In this document: in pieces, positions 9,147 through 17,396 of the stretch
Numbering within the stretch: the stretch's first letter is position 1
Layout of the letters: each line of letters opens with the position of its first letter
Virus record (IMG/VR): IMGVR_UViG_3300045988_144509
Span: 1 to 52,424 of that record
Source: a virus
DNA: 52,424 nt
Direction: 5' to 3' (one strand)
Program-made: the position numbers and the translations under genes
Notes under the pieces: model-generated
The model's input: the letters and a program-made list of their open reading frames with translations, nothing else
The model's database searches: none
Told to the model about the DNA's origin: nothing

Positions 9147-9159
9147 ATTTTTTCACTCC

Positions 9160-9429
9160 TTAAACCATTATATTGCATATCATATCTTTATTTATCATTC
9201 TATCTATTAATAAATCTAATTTTTCAAATGAATTAATATAGAATACCTTGTTGTTATCTTGAACGACTGTCATTAAATCATTTTCTACGTTTATTTTAAG
9301 GTTACCTATTTTCTTGCGGTAGCCTTTTTTAGTTCGTTTAAAACCTAATTCTTCAAGTTGTTCGGTTTTCTGAACTATATATTTTTTATTCAACGTTAGA
9401 ACCCTCCAATAAATAGATATAATAATCAT
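9160..9429 (-). CDS. Hypothetical protein
   Basis: 89-aa ORF. Confidence 0.3.
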   Translation of the reverse strand: MIIISIYWRVLTLNKKYIVQKTEQLEELGFKRTKKGYRKKIGNLKINVENDLMTVVQDNNKVFYINSFEKLDLLIDRMINKDMICNIMV

Positions 9430-9637
9430 TGTACTTATAATAATTGAATTTCATATCTATTGTTGATATACCTTCACTATCTAAAACTACATTTATATAT
9501 TTACTTGATTTATAAACGTAGCCTATATAAAAGCCACATTCTTTAGCTATATTTTCAATTCTGTTAAGAAATTCAATATAGCTGTAAGCTTTATATATTT
9601 TACCTTTTGTGAAGTTTTCTATTATAACACTGTTCAT
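9386..9637 (-). CDS. Hypothetical protein
   Basis: 83-aa ORF overlapping its neighbour by 44 nt. Confidence 0.3.
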   Translation of the reverse strand: MNSVIIENFTKGKIYKAYSYIEFLNRIENIAKECGFYIGYVYKSSKYINVVLDSEGISTIDMKFNYYKYNDYYIYLLEGSNVE

Positions 9638-9834
9638 TTTTTCACCTCATTAAGTTGTTTCAATACATCATAGAAGCTTTTCTCTGCTTCTTTATTGTTA
9701 TTATACCAAAATCCATTATGTTCACCATCTTTGTAATATATGTGAACACTGTTATCTTCAAGTCTTATTTCTTTTATTTGCTCCTTTCTCATTGCTATTT
9801 TCATATCGTTTCTACCTAATACACAAAACATCAT
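9634..9834 (-). CDS. Small protein, member 1 of tandem paralog array
   Basis: 66 aa ending ..EAEKSFYDVLKQLNEVKK; paralogous to 10019..10213, 10213..10422 and 10442..10666. Confidence 0.4.
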   Translation of the reverse strand: MMFCVLGRNDMKIAMRKEQIKEIRLEDNSVHIYYKDGEHNGFWYNNNKEAEKSFYDVLKQLNEVKK

Positions 9835-10022
9835 TTCACCTCTAATTCAGTATTTCTCATTAACTCAATCTGTTTATCTTTAAAATATTTGATTGAGTGT
9901 TCCAATAAAGCATAAACCAACAAACCTTTTGACACTTTGCATTTATCAGCAGTATCTTTAAGCCATTTATTCATAGTTTCATTTGTTCTAAACGAAACTA
10001 CAATATCTTTTGCTTCTATCAT
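9831..10022 (-). CDS. Ribbon-helix-helix (CopG/Arc-like) DNA-binding protein
   Basis: 63 aa; KDIVVSFRTNETMNKWLKDTADKCKVSKGLLVYALLEH fits the beta-strand plus two-helix RHH pattern. Confidence 0.35.
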   Translation of the reverse strand: MIEAKDIVVSFRTNETMNKWLKDTADKCKVSKGLLVYALLEHSIKYFKDKQIELMRNTELEVK

Positions 10023-10213
10023 TTTTTCGCCCCCAATTCATTACAAAGGTATTCAAGCAATTCGCTTACATTTTCTTTACATGATGTTATTGATGTGTAT
10101 TCGTTGTTGTTTTTAAAATATATTTCAATCTTTTCATCTTCTTTGTAAATATGACTTATATCATCAGAATTTAAAATAACCACAGTATCTTTTGTATCTA
10201 TTCTAATAAACAC
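10019..10213 (-). CDS. Small protein, member 2 of tandem paralog array
   Basis: 64 aa; ..SITSCKENVSELLEYLCNELGAKK. Confidence 0.4.
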   Translation of the reverse strand: MFIRIDTKDTVVILNSDDISHIYKEDEKIEIYFKNNNEYTSITSCKENVSELLEYLCNELGAKK

Positions 10214-10422
10214 TATTCCACCTCGTTTAATTTATTTAATATTTCACAAAAAATTCTTTCTGCTTCTTTTCCAGATATAGCAGTATATTCTGTATTGGAA
10301 TTGTTGTCAAATAAAACTACAACTTTTTTATCATCTAATGAAACTCTTGTAACCTTTTCCTTGCAAAAAGCAGTTATTGAATTTTTGCCTTCTTTATTAA
10401 TACCTTCTAACTTAATAAACAT
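10213..10422 (-). CDS. Small protein, member 3 of tandem paralog array
   Basis: 69 aa; ..ISGKEAERIFCEILNKLNEVE; TAATG-type junction with member 2. Confidence 0.4.
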   Translation of the reverse strand: MFIKLEGINKEGKNSITAFCKEKVTRVSLDDKKVVVLFDNNSNTEYTAISGKEAERIFCEILNKLNEVE

Positions 10423-10441
10423 TATATCACCTATCCTTCTT

Positions 10442-10666
10442 TCATTTTAACACCTCTATTAAATCATTAAAATCTTTTTGTGCTTCTTCTTTAGAGCTGT
10501 AATCAAGTCTTATTTGCTCTTTATTTTTAAAGCATATCAAAATCATTAATTTTTCAAGAAATACAAACTCAATATTTTTATTATAAAATGCAATTTTACC
10601 ATTTTTACCATTAAATACATTAATCTTTTTACTGTTAAACAAATTAATCATTTTAAAACCTCTCAT
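10442..10666 (-). CDS. Small protein, member 4 of tandem paralog array
   Basis: 74 aa; ..SSKEEAQKDFNDLIEVLK. Confidence 0.35.
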   Translation of the reverse strand: MRGFKMINLFNSKKINVFNGKNGKIAFYNKNIEFVFLEKLMILICFKNKEQIRLDYSSKEEAQKDFNDLIEVLK

Positions 10667-10760
10667 TTATATTTTGGTTGCTACCCAATAACAAGCTATA
10701 ATTTTCTATTCAGCAGTTTAATCAAACCCACTGCCAAGCGTTCGTTTTAACTATAATCTT

Positions 10761-10789
10761 ATTATAACACATTATTTACATTTTGTAAA
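10761..10789 (-). promoter_or_regulatory. Minus-strand promoter for the 10666 to 8488 early block
   Basis: Minus strand reads TTTACA-17 nt-TATAAT; same attata...motif family as the 12 repeated promoters further downstream. Confidence 0.4.
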
Positions 10790-10819
10790 CTATTTTCTAC
10801 ATATTATTTGTAATTTATT

Positions 10820-10853
10820 TGTACACTTCAATACTTAATATACCTGCTATAAT
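10820..10853 (+). promoter_or_regulatory. Plus-strand promoter with extended -10 (TGcTATAAT)
   Basis: tgctataat at 10845-10853, about 25 nt upstream of the 10881 ATG; weak -35. Confidence 0.3.
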
Positions 10854-10880
10854 ATAGGTATCGAAAGGCGGTAAGGCAAA

Positions 10881-11276
10881 ATGATTAATTCTAACAATAA
10901 CCCTTATTCTTTACCTTCACAATACATTATAGAAAATGACGATATACTTAATATAGACTTTTACGGAAACAAAAATAAAGTTGGTGTTACTACAAAAAAA
11001 TATGAAGAACTTAGCAACATTTGCGATAAATATTATAATAAATTAGTTGAACTAGGTGCAATAACACCACCTAAAACGCAAGAACAGATTATACAAGAAC
11101 AAACACAGTTAATGCACGAAATGATTAATCAAATGGCACAAATGAAGCAAGAAATAGAGGTATTAAAAAATGCTAAATCCACAAATGTTATCACAGATAA
11201 TGGGGCTAAATCCACAACAAGCGAGCAAACTCCAACAAGTGTGGGGACAAGCAAGCCAAATGGCACAAAACGTTAA
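10881..11276 (+). CDS. Hypothetical protein (coiled-coil C-terminus)
   Basis: 131-aa ORF with RBS AAAGGCGG; 3' end overlaps the next ORF in another frame. Confidence 0.35.
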   Translation: MINSNNNPYSLPSQYIIENDDILNIDFYGNKNKVGVTTKKYEELSNICDKYYNKLVELGAITPPKTQEQIIQEQTQLMHEMINQMAQMKQEIEVLKNAKSTNVITDNGAKSTTSEQTPTSVGTSKPNGTKR

Positions 11277-11532
11277 TACACAACAAGACGCTATAAACGT
11301 TTTACAAAATGCAGGTATAAATTCAGACGCACTAGGTAAAATTAGAGGATTGCTCACAAATCCTATGGCTAGAATTGTAGCAGGTGCGTTAGGTTTAAAT
11401 TTAAATAATATAGCTGTTGGTATAGATACTTTAGCAGGCAGTAATAAAAATACTAATGCTATTTCATATGCTAACGCTAACAATGCAAATAACTTTGATA
11501 AATTTAAACAAGGTTTATCACAGTTAAAATAA
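11170..11532 (+). CDS. Gln/Asn-rich hypothetical protein overlapping 10881..11276
   Basis: 120-aa ORF (MLNPQMLSQIMGLNPQQASKLQQ...). Its ATG directly follows an A6 run. Internal nucleotide direct repeat gctaaatccacaa x2. Confidence 0.35.
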   Translation: MLNPQMLSQIMGLNPQQASKLQQVWGQASQMAQNVNTQQDAINVLQNAGINSDALGKIRGLLTNPMARIVAGALGLNLNNIAVGIDTLAGSNKNTNAISYANANNANNFDKFKQGLSQLK

Positions 11533-11551
11533 ATATAGGAGGTTTTCACAA

Positions 11552-12082
11552 ATGGGTGAAAATGCAACAAACACAGGAATGACTGGTTGGGGATTAATTA
11601 TATTCCTTATCCTATTATTCTGGATGTTCACTGGTAATGGTTTTGGCGGTTTCTTCGGTAATCGCAATTGCGGTTGTCATGGTGTTTCTAGTTGTGAAAT
11701 CGAAAAACAAGAAATTATTGACTCTGCACGTACTCAATACCTTGTTGAACAAACTGCACGACAAACACAGGACATGACAAACGCTGGTTTAGCTGTTATT
11801 GGTAATAAAATCGACTTCTACGAATACCAAAACTTACGCGACCAGTTAGCAGAAGCTAAAAACAAAAACTTAGCTTTAGAAAATCGTATCTATAGTGATA
11901 ATAAATTTAACGCTATTGAACGTCAAAATGAAGGTATGTACACAAGTCTTAAACAGGAAATCGCTTCCTTAGGTTGCGAACTTCCTAAACGTCCTGCATA
12001 CTATGCACAGGGCTATTTAAACTGTGGATACCCAATTCCTCCTGCTTCCGCATACACAACTTCTACATCTTGCGGTTGCTAA
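11552..12082 (+). CDS. Membrane protein with Cys motifs at both ends
   Basis: 176 aa. TM helix GWGLIIFLILLFWMF; CGCHG..SC near the N-terminus and ..SCGC at the C-terminus; central coiled-coil. RBS AGGAGG. Confidence 0.4.
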   Translation: MGENATNTGMTGWGLIIFLILLFWMFTGNGFGGFFGNRNCGCHGVSSCEIEKQEIIDSARTQYLVEQTARQTQDMTNAGLAVIGNKIDFYEYQNLRDQLAEAKNKNLALENRIYSDNKFNAIERQNEGMYTSLKQEIASLGCELPKRPAYYAQGYLNCGYPIPPASAYTTSTSCGC

Positions 12083-12109
12083 ACGCTCCGTCAATAGACG
12101 TGATTTTAT

Positions 12110-12135
12110 AGGCGGTGTAAAAACCGCCTTTTTTA
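12110..12135 (+). terminator. Rho-independent terminator
   Basis: ggcggt-gtaaaaa-accgcc followed by TTTTTT. Confidence 0.55.
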
Positions 12136-12159
12136 TTTACAAGAAAGAGGTTTTATAAA

Positions 12160-12528
12160 ATGAGTTGTATTAATAATTGTCAAGTATGTTCCAACTTAGT
12201 AGCTTCCACAGGTGTTGCTGTCAGTGGTTCTACGCTTCAAATTACTATTCCAACAATGAGTATTAATGATAGCCAAAAAATCTGCTTATTAGTTGCTCAA
12301 ACAATTCCTAGTGGCGCAGGTGTTCTACCAGTAGAAATTATTAATGGTTCTAACACTATAACATTACTAAACAAATGTTGCAAGCCTGTTTATGCAGACC
12401 AAATTAGAAGCAGACGTATTTATGTATTATGTGCTAATACTGCTACACCTTCCGCAACTGTTAAATCTAATAACCTTTGCCCAACTGCTTTCGTGGCTCC
12501 ACAATTAACAGGAACAGCAACAGCATAA
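12160..12528 (+). CDS. Cys-rich small protein
   Basis: 122 aa; MSCINNCQVCS.. plus CCK and further Cys residues, Thr/Ser-rich. RBS AAAGAGG. Confidence 0.4.
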   Translation: MSCINNCQVCSNLVASTGVAVSGSTLQITIPTMSINDSQKICLLVAQTIPSGAGVLPVEIINGSNTITLLNKCCKPVYADQIRSRRIYVLCANTATPSATVKSNNLCPTAFVAPQLTGTATA

Positions 12529-12542
12529 CGAGGTATTAAACT

Positions 12543-12749
12543 ATGAATAATAACGCTACAAGTTTTATCTTAGGTATTGTGGCAGGTTATTTAGTATTTA
12601 CGGAAACAGGTAAAAAGATAGTAAGTAATGTAGCTAATACTGCTGTATCTAGTGCAATGCCTATTTCTACAAATGTGGTAAATGCTTTAACTAGTGCAGT
12701 AAATGGTGTTGCTACTCCTGCACCAACTAAGGAGGAAACTAAGAAATGA
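12543..12749 (+). CDS. YtxH/DUF948-like small membrane protein
   Basis: 68 aa; N-terminal TM (FILGIVAGYLVF) then TETGKKIVSNV.., resembling the YtxH-like general stress protein pattern. Confidence 0.35.
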   Translation: MNNNATSFILGIVAGYLVFTETGKKIVSNVANTAVSSAMPISTNVVNALTSAVNGVATPAPTKEETKK

Positions 12750-13261
12750 TAAGTACTAATGGTTGGACAGATGAACTATTATTCAAGACTGTGCTTAATC
12801 ACCAAATGAAAGGTATCATCTTTCACAATGACATGATGGCACTATATGAATTTTGTTCACTGCATAAGTATTCCCATAAACACAAAGTAAGAACAAAAGA
12901 GGAAATGGGAAACTTCATAAAAACACAACGCTATTACATCAATAACTATGGTAAAATGCCAAAAATTGACGGCAGTTCCAACACTTCTGTAATACCTTCC
13001 CAGGCTTATTCAGCTAACACAAAAGAAATAACCTATGATTATAGATGTAAAATGCTAAAAGAAAGCTTAAATAAATGGCTAGAATGGGAAAAAGAAACAA
13101 TGGAATTATATCTTGCTTGCTGTAGTTATGCTTTAACTAAACAGAAAAAAGATTATGTTTTATGGAAAAAGTTACTCAAAGAAACTTCCGAAGAACACGA
13201 TTGTATCTTAGAAGAAATTAGAAAATTACAAATGATTAGTTATGATGTAAAAGCATTATAA
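12746..13261 (+). CDS. Hypothetical protein (His/Cys-containing helical protein)
   Basis: 171-aa ORF with ATGA overlap to the previous gene; no family recognised. Confidence 0.35.
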   Translation: MISTNGWTDELLFKTVLNHQMKGIIFHNDMMALYEFCSLHKYSHKHKVRTKEEMGNFIKTQRYYINNYGKMPKIDGSSNTSVIPSQAYSANTKEITYDYRCKMLKESLNKWLEWEKETMELYLACCSYALTKQKKDYVLWKKLLKETSEEHDCILEEIRKLQMISYDVKAL

Positions 13262-13266
13262 AAATT

Positions 13267-13304
13267 AAGGGCTGGCACTAATTAAAGTGTCAACCCTTTT
13301 TTAT
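13267..13304. terminator. Imperfect bidirectional terminator between convergent genes
   Basis: aagggctggcac / gtgtcaaccctt inverted repeat (2 mismatches) followed by TTTTTT. Confidence 0.35.
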
Positions 13305-13326
13305 TACTTCTTATTTTAGAATGATT

Positions 13327-13719
13327 TTAAAATTTCTCCGACTCTCTTATGAGCTTCAGCAAAGACGCAAAAGCACCTACTATCATTTTATCTTTCTGTT
13401 TTTCACTTAATACTAATGTGCAATACTTAGTTTTGTGCTGTCTAGGCATTTTGGCTATCGTCAAATCTTTTCTATCGTAATCTTTACTACTAAAACCAAC
13501 TACACCCCAATTATTATAATCATCATAATAAACAGTAGAAATTATAGGCTCTTTATCTTTTGATTTAATCTTAACTGTATCACCTACTAAAAGCCTTTCG
13601 CCGAAATCATCTTTCCATTCTGTTTTTTCTCCTATTAATCCCACTTTACAAAAAACATCATGTGGTAAAAGTACACTACCGCATACATAAGGTTTAAAAG
13701 GTATATATTCTCTATACAT
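13327..13719 (-). CDS. Hypothetical protein
   Basis: 130-aa ORF. Confidence 0.35.
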   Translation of the reverse strand: MYREYIPFKPYVCGSVLLPHDVFCKVGLIGEKTEWKDDFGERLLVGDTVKIKSKDKEPIISTVYYDDYNNWGVVGFSSKDYDRKDLTIAKMPRQHKTKYCTLVLSEKQKDKMIVGAFASLLKLIRESEKF

Positions 13720-13951
13720 TTTGTTTTTTCCTTTCTTCTCTTATTCTCTTTTCTTCTTCAAAGAATGTTTTTAATGTATCAGAAATTATTTTCAAAGACT
13801 CAAAGCGTTGCTCTCTTGTATATTTTTCCCCGTCAGGAGCAATAATAAAAGCTGTCGAAACAAAAACAAGAAACAAAGAAATAAATACGCAAGAAAAAAA
13901 TACAAAAATTTTAGCAATGATACGCAATATAAAATTAATTATTTTACTCAT
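13712..13951 (-). CDS. Small membrane protein
   Basis: 79 aa with a long hydrophobic segment (IFVFFSCVFISLFLVFVSTAFIIA). Confidence 0.3.
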   Translation of the reverse strand: MSKIINFILRIIAKIFVFFSCVFISLFLVFVSTAFIIAPDGEKYTREQRFESLKIISDTLKTFFEEEKRIREERKKQNV

Positions 13952-13963
13952 CTAAAAACCTCA

Positions 13964-14353
13964 TTAAAACGGAATTTCTTCATTTTGCTCTGTACCAAAC
14001 GTATTATATCTCTGTGTTACTTGTTGCATTGGTGTTTGCTGTTCATTTTGTTTTTTACTTTCTAAAAACTCAACATTAGAAGCTATAATTTCTGTAACAG
14101 TTCTTTTACTTCCGCTATTATCTTCATAACTTCTAGTAGTCAACTGCCCTTCAATCAAAACCTTACTTCCTTTAGTTAAATAGTTTCCGCAAAGTTCAGC
14201 AGTTTTGTTCCACGCAACTATATTAAAGAAATAAACATCTTCTTTTTTAAATCCGTTAACTGCCATACTAAACAACGCAACGCATTTTCCGTTTTGCGTA
14301 TATTTAACATCAACATCTTTCGTCAATCTACCTGTTAAGATTACTTTATTCAT
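13964..14353 (-). CDS. ssb: Single-stranded DNA-binding protein
   Basis: 129 aa. OB-fold-like N-terminus MNKVILTGRLTKDVDVKYTQNGKCVALFSMAVN... and acidic C-terminal tail ..EQNEEIPF, the SSB partner-binding motif. Confidence 0.75.
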   Translation of the reverse strand: MNKVILTGRLTKDVDVKYTQNGKCVALFSMAVNGFKKEDVYFFNIVAWNKTAELCGNYLTKGSKVLIEGQLTTRSYEDNSGSKRTVTEIIASNVEFLESKKQNEQQTPMQQVTQRYNTFGTEQNEEIPF

Positions 14354-14657
14354 TATTTACATCTTCCTTTCTTTTCTCATTAATATACATATCATAAGCC
14401 ATATCATCAGCTTGTTTTGCTGTTTTACACATAGCAAATATAATAAAATAAGCTATGCAAAACATAAAAGCAATATAAAAGCAATAACAGCTACTAACAT
14501 ATTATCACCCCACCATTAACAAACCTGCACCAATAACTACAAAACATCCACATAACTTGCTACAAAATAATAGCAAATCTTTTTCGTTTTCTAACTGTTC
14601 CTGCTCATATCTTGTTGGCATTCTTCTAATAATATCTTTATTCATTTTAACACCTCC

Positions 14658-14981
14658 TTAATTATAATCTTCTATTTCACATTCTTTTATTATACCACAT
14701 TCTATAAGTTTTAGCAATATACTAGGCAAATAATAACATGTATAAGTTTTAGTATAACAAATCAAATCTTGATAAATATATACATCTGGACTCAATTCAA
14801 GAAATTCTAATATATATTTATCTTCTTGTTTTCTTATTGCTATATAGGTATTAGTGTCATATTCATAAGCTATAGCACTAAAAGCTTTTTCTCCAACTTC
14901 ATTATATAAAGTTATATTCTTAAATCCAAAATCATCTATCAATCTATTAATATATTTTTCATCTATCATTAAGGCTTTCAT
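14658..14981 (-). CDS. Hypothetical protein
   Basis: 107-aa ORF. Confidence 0.3.
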   Translation of the reverse strand: MKALMIDEKYINRLIDDFGFKNITLYNEVGEKAFSAIAYEYDTNTYIAIRKQEDKYILEFLELSPDVYIYQDLICYTKTYTCYYLPSILLKLIECGIIKECEIEDYN

Positions 14982-15276
14982 TTAATCTTTCCTCCTCCAA
15001 CTTTTCAATAAGTCTAAATAGTAAAGCCATTGTCTGAAAGGCTTCGTTCTCAATTTTATAAACTCCGCCTAACTCTGGCTTAGTTATATATTTACTAGGT
15101 AAGCACGTTTCATTTAAAGCTTGAGCTGTTTCACCTAGTTCCTCTAAAGCAAGCCCTAAGAATTGATGTGGGGTGAGTTCTTTTTCCTTACCCCATTGTC
15201 TTTCTTGTCTTTCAACTTCAACAAGTATTCTATTTAATATAGCTTTCCTGTTTCCTTCTCTTGTAATATATATCAT
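14959..15276 (-). CDS. MazG-like nucleotide pyrophosphohydrolase
   Basis: 105 aa; QWGKEKELTPHQFLGLALEELGETAQAL.. matches the MazG/NTP-PPase EExxE helix. Confidence 0.5.
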   Translation of the reverse strand: MIYITREGNRKAILNRILVEVERQERQWGKEKELTPHQFLGLALEELGETAQALNETCLPSKYITKPELGGVYKIENEAFQTMALLFRLIEKLEEERLNESLNDR

Positions 15277-15280
15277 GTTA

Positions 15281-15490
15281 TCACCATCTATTTTTAAAAT
15301 AATTGTTTTTCTTCTTTCCTTTGTTAAATGCCTTGTCTATGTCTTGCTTGTCAACAAATTTTGGACACCATCTATCACGTTGATAAATACAAACATTATT
15401 ATTTTCAAGAAGAAGCTCAAGCTCTAAATCACCCATTGATGTATATTCTTTTGCTTCTTTCCAACTTAAATATCTTTTTTCCATTTTCAT
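15281..15490 (-). CDS. Small DNA-binding protein (excisionase/AlpA-like HTH_17)
   Basis: 69 aa; YLSWKEAKEYTSMGDLELELLLENNNVCIYQRDRW fits the excisionase-family HTH. Confidence 0.3.
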   Translation of the reverse strand: MKMEKRYLSWKEAKEYTSMGDLELELLLENNNVCIYQRDRWCPKFVDKQDIDKAFNKGKKKNNYFKNRW

Positions 15491-15732
15491 TTCTCCTTCA
15501 CTAAATCCATGTATTCGTCTACATCTTCACCATAGAACAGTAATAGATGTTCTATATTATCGTATCTGAATACTAGATTATCAATATATATCATATCTAC
15601 TGTTTTATTGAAATAGTCAATAAAATCCGTCAAGAACCTGCTGATATTTGATATTGGTATTTCAATAAACATAATTTTATTTTTTCTAGTTATCTTATAC
15701 TTAGATAACTTTTTATATATTTCTTTATTCAT
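15487..15732 (-). CDS. Hypothetical protein
   Basis: 81-aa ORF. Confidence 0.3.
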   Translation of the reverse strand: MNKEIYKKLSKYKITRKNKIMFIEIPISNISRFLTDFIDYFNKTVDMIYIDNLVFRYDNIEHLLLFYGEDVDEYMDLVKEK

Positions 15733-16128
15733 TTAATATACCTCGTAGAAGTCTACATCTGGATATTTCTTCAAAAACATCTTTTTCTTTATTCTGTAAA
15801 CCTCATCTTGAAATTTTTTGCTTGACTTTACGTCAATAACTATTTCCTTACCACTTTTAAACACCACTTTAAAATCAGCAGTATAAGTAGTATCTCTTAG
15901 TTTTCCACATATTTGATTATGTTCAAAACCGCTTGATTTAGCTTCTAAAGGATTTTCTTTTGCTTCATGTCTAAACCCTTCAATTAATAAAAAACGTGGC
16001 TGTAATTCTATTTCTTTTATATCGCCAGCATTTTTTAATGCTAAAAGATATTTATAGTATTTACATTCCTTTTTGCTGTCAAATTTAATTCCATTGAATA
16101 TAACTTTTTTACTTCTTACTTTTGTCAA
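15733..16128 (-). CDS. DUF1064-family (PD-(D/E)XK-like) phage nuclease
   Basis: 131 aa; FDSKKECKYYKYLL..GDIKEIELQPRF..YTADFKVVF..EIVIDVK matches the DUF1064 pattern. Confidence 0.5.
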   Translation of the reverse strand: MTKVRSKKVIFNGIKFDSKKECKYYKYLLALKNAGDIKEIELQPRFLLIEGFRHEAKENPLEAKSSGFEHNQICGKLRDTTYTADFKVVFKSGKEIVIDVKSSKKFQDEVYRIKKKMFLKKYPDVDFYEVY

Positions 16129-16338
16129 TTATTTTCCTCCTAAACAATAAGCATACTAGTTCTCCCAACTATTCTAGGTTCATTTGCGTCCATTCCTTTT
16201 CTTCCTAGATAAGAAGCCATAAATTTAATCTTATTCATATCAGGATACCATTTCTTGACTTCCCCATAAGATAACCCTGTTTCTTTGGATATCTTATTTA
16301 TTTCATTTAAAAGTTCGTTTCCATTTATTTTTTCAATC

Positions 16339-17046
16339 TTAACTTTTCTTCTTTCTTTCTTCTTTTCCTTTCTCTTTCTTTTCTGTATCTTTCAACAGCC
16401 CTATCTTTATTTTTTTCATTCTTCTTTCATTAGCTTCTATTTTACATTTGTCAGAGCAATAATGAAGATAATGTCTATTAGGTTCAAATAATTTTCCACA
16501 GATACCGCATACCTCTATTCTAGGTATTTTGTTTCTTTTGTTAGCGTTTTTAACTCTGCATTCTTCCGAGCAAAATTTCTGGAATGGTCTATTTTTAATA
16601 AAAACCTTTCCACATTCTTGGCAAGTTTCTTTTTCTTTTGGTCTACTGTCTATTTCTTTAGCTCGTTTTTCTCTTTTTAGTTCTACTATGTTTTTTACTT
16701 TTTCTTTATAGTTTGTGTATACAATATTTCTGCATTCATCACTACAATATTTCACGCAACTATTATTAGTGATAAACTCTTTACCACATATTGCACATTT
16801 CTTTACAATTTCTTTAGCTCTTTTTTGCTTTAACTGGTGGTTTCTTTGTACACATTTATTACTACAAAAAACTTTATCTGCTCTGTGTGCTATAAATTTT
16901 TCTCCACACATTAGGCAAACACGCTCAAATGAATTTGCATTATTTCTTTTTATCCAGCTTCCTTCATATCTACATTCAGGACTGCAATATTTAGCGTACC
17001 CTGTACCGTCAAATTCTTTACCGCAAAATTCACATTTTTTAATCAT
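16339..17046 (-). CDS. Tandem zinc-ribbon repeat protein (5 repeats of Cx2CGK-x13-YCSxEC)
   Basis: 235 aa with five repeats: CEFCGKEF..YCSPECR, CLMCGEKF..FCSNKCV, CAICGKEF..YCSDECR, CQECGKVF..FCSEECR, CGICGKLF..YCSDKCK. Lys/Glu-rich C-terminal tail. Confidence 0.5.
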   Translation of the reverse strand: MIKKCEFCGKEFDGTGYAKYCSPECRYEGSWIKRNNANSFERVCLMCGEKFIAHRADKVFCSNKCVQRNHQLKQKRAKEIVKKCAICGKEFITNNSCVKYCSDECRNIVYTNYKEKVKNIVELKREKRAKEIDSRPKEKETCQECGKVFIKNRPFQKFCSEECRVKNANKRNKIPRIEVCGICGKLFEPNRHYLHYCSDKCKIEANERRMKKIKIGLLKDTEKKEKGKEERKKKS

Positions 17047-17357
17047 GCTTTTTTCTCCTTTCTAGCTAGACTAATTCTTTTATATCTAGCCTTCATTCTG
17101 CACTCATAGCCACAGTATAGAGTGCTTTTCTTATGTGCAATAACTTCTTTACCACATATTGCACATCTTATTTTAAACTCTACTTTTGGCTTTTTATTAG
17201 CCGATTTTGAACATTCATTACTACAATATTTATTTAATGGCACTGTTGGCTTAAACATCTTTCCACAGTACGCACATGGCTTTTCCTTTAAATCCATACT
17301 ACACCTTCTTTCTTTATCTGATACATATATTATAACATAACATTCAAATAAATGCAA
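17043..17357 (-). CDS. Zinc-ribbon repeat protein (2 repeats), paralogous module to 16339..17046
   Basis: 104 aa; CAYCGKMF..YCSNECS and CAICGKEV..YCGYECR. Confidence 0.5.
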   Translation of the reverse strand: MHLFECYVIIYVSDKERRCSMDLKEKPCAYCGKMFKPTVPLNKYCSNECSKSANKKPKVEFKIRCAICGKEVIAHKKSTLYCGYECRMKARYKRISLARKEKKA

Positions 17358-17359
17358 TA

Positions 17360-17390
17360 AAAAAAAGACCTAGAATTTTAATCTAGGTCA
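17360..17390 (-). terminator. Rho-independent terminator downstream of dnaB (member of tctaggNc repeat family)
   Basis: gacctaga-attttaa-tctaggtc with a T-run on the minus strand. Confidence 0.5.
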
Positions 17391-17396
17391 ATAATT

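Noticed and set aside
16285-17340. Plus-strand ORFs 16285..16491, 16529..16711, 16715..17065 and 17122..17340
   Set aside because: They are antisense to the zinc-ribbon repeat genes, have Leu/Phe/Ser-rich low-complexity translations and no RBS. They are shadow ORFs.
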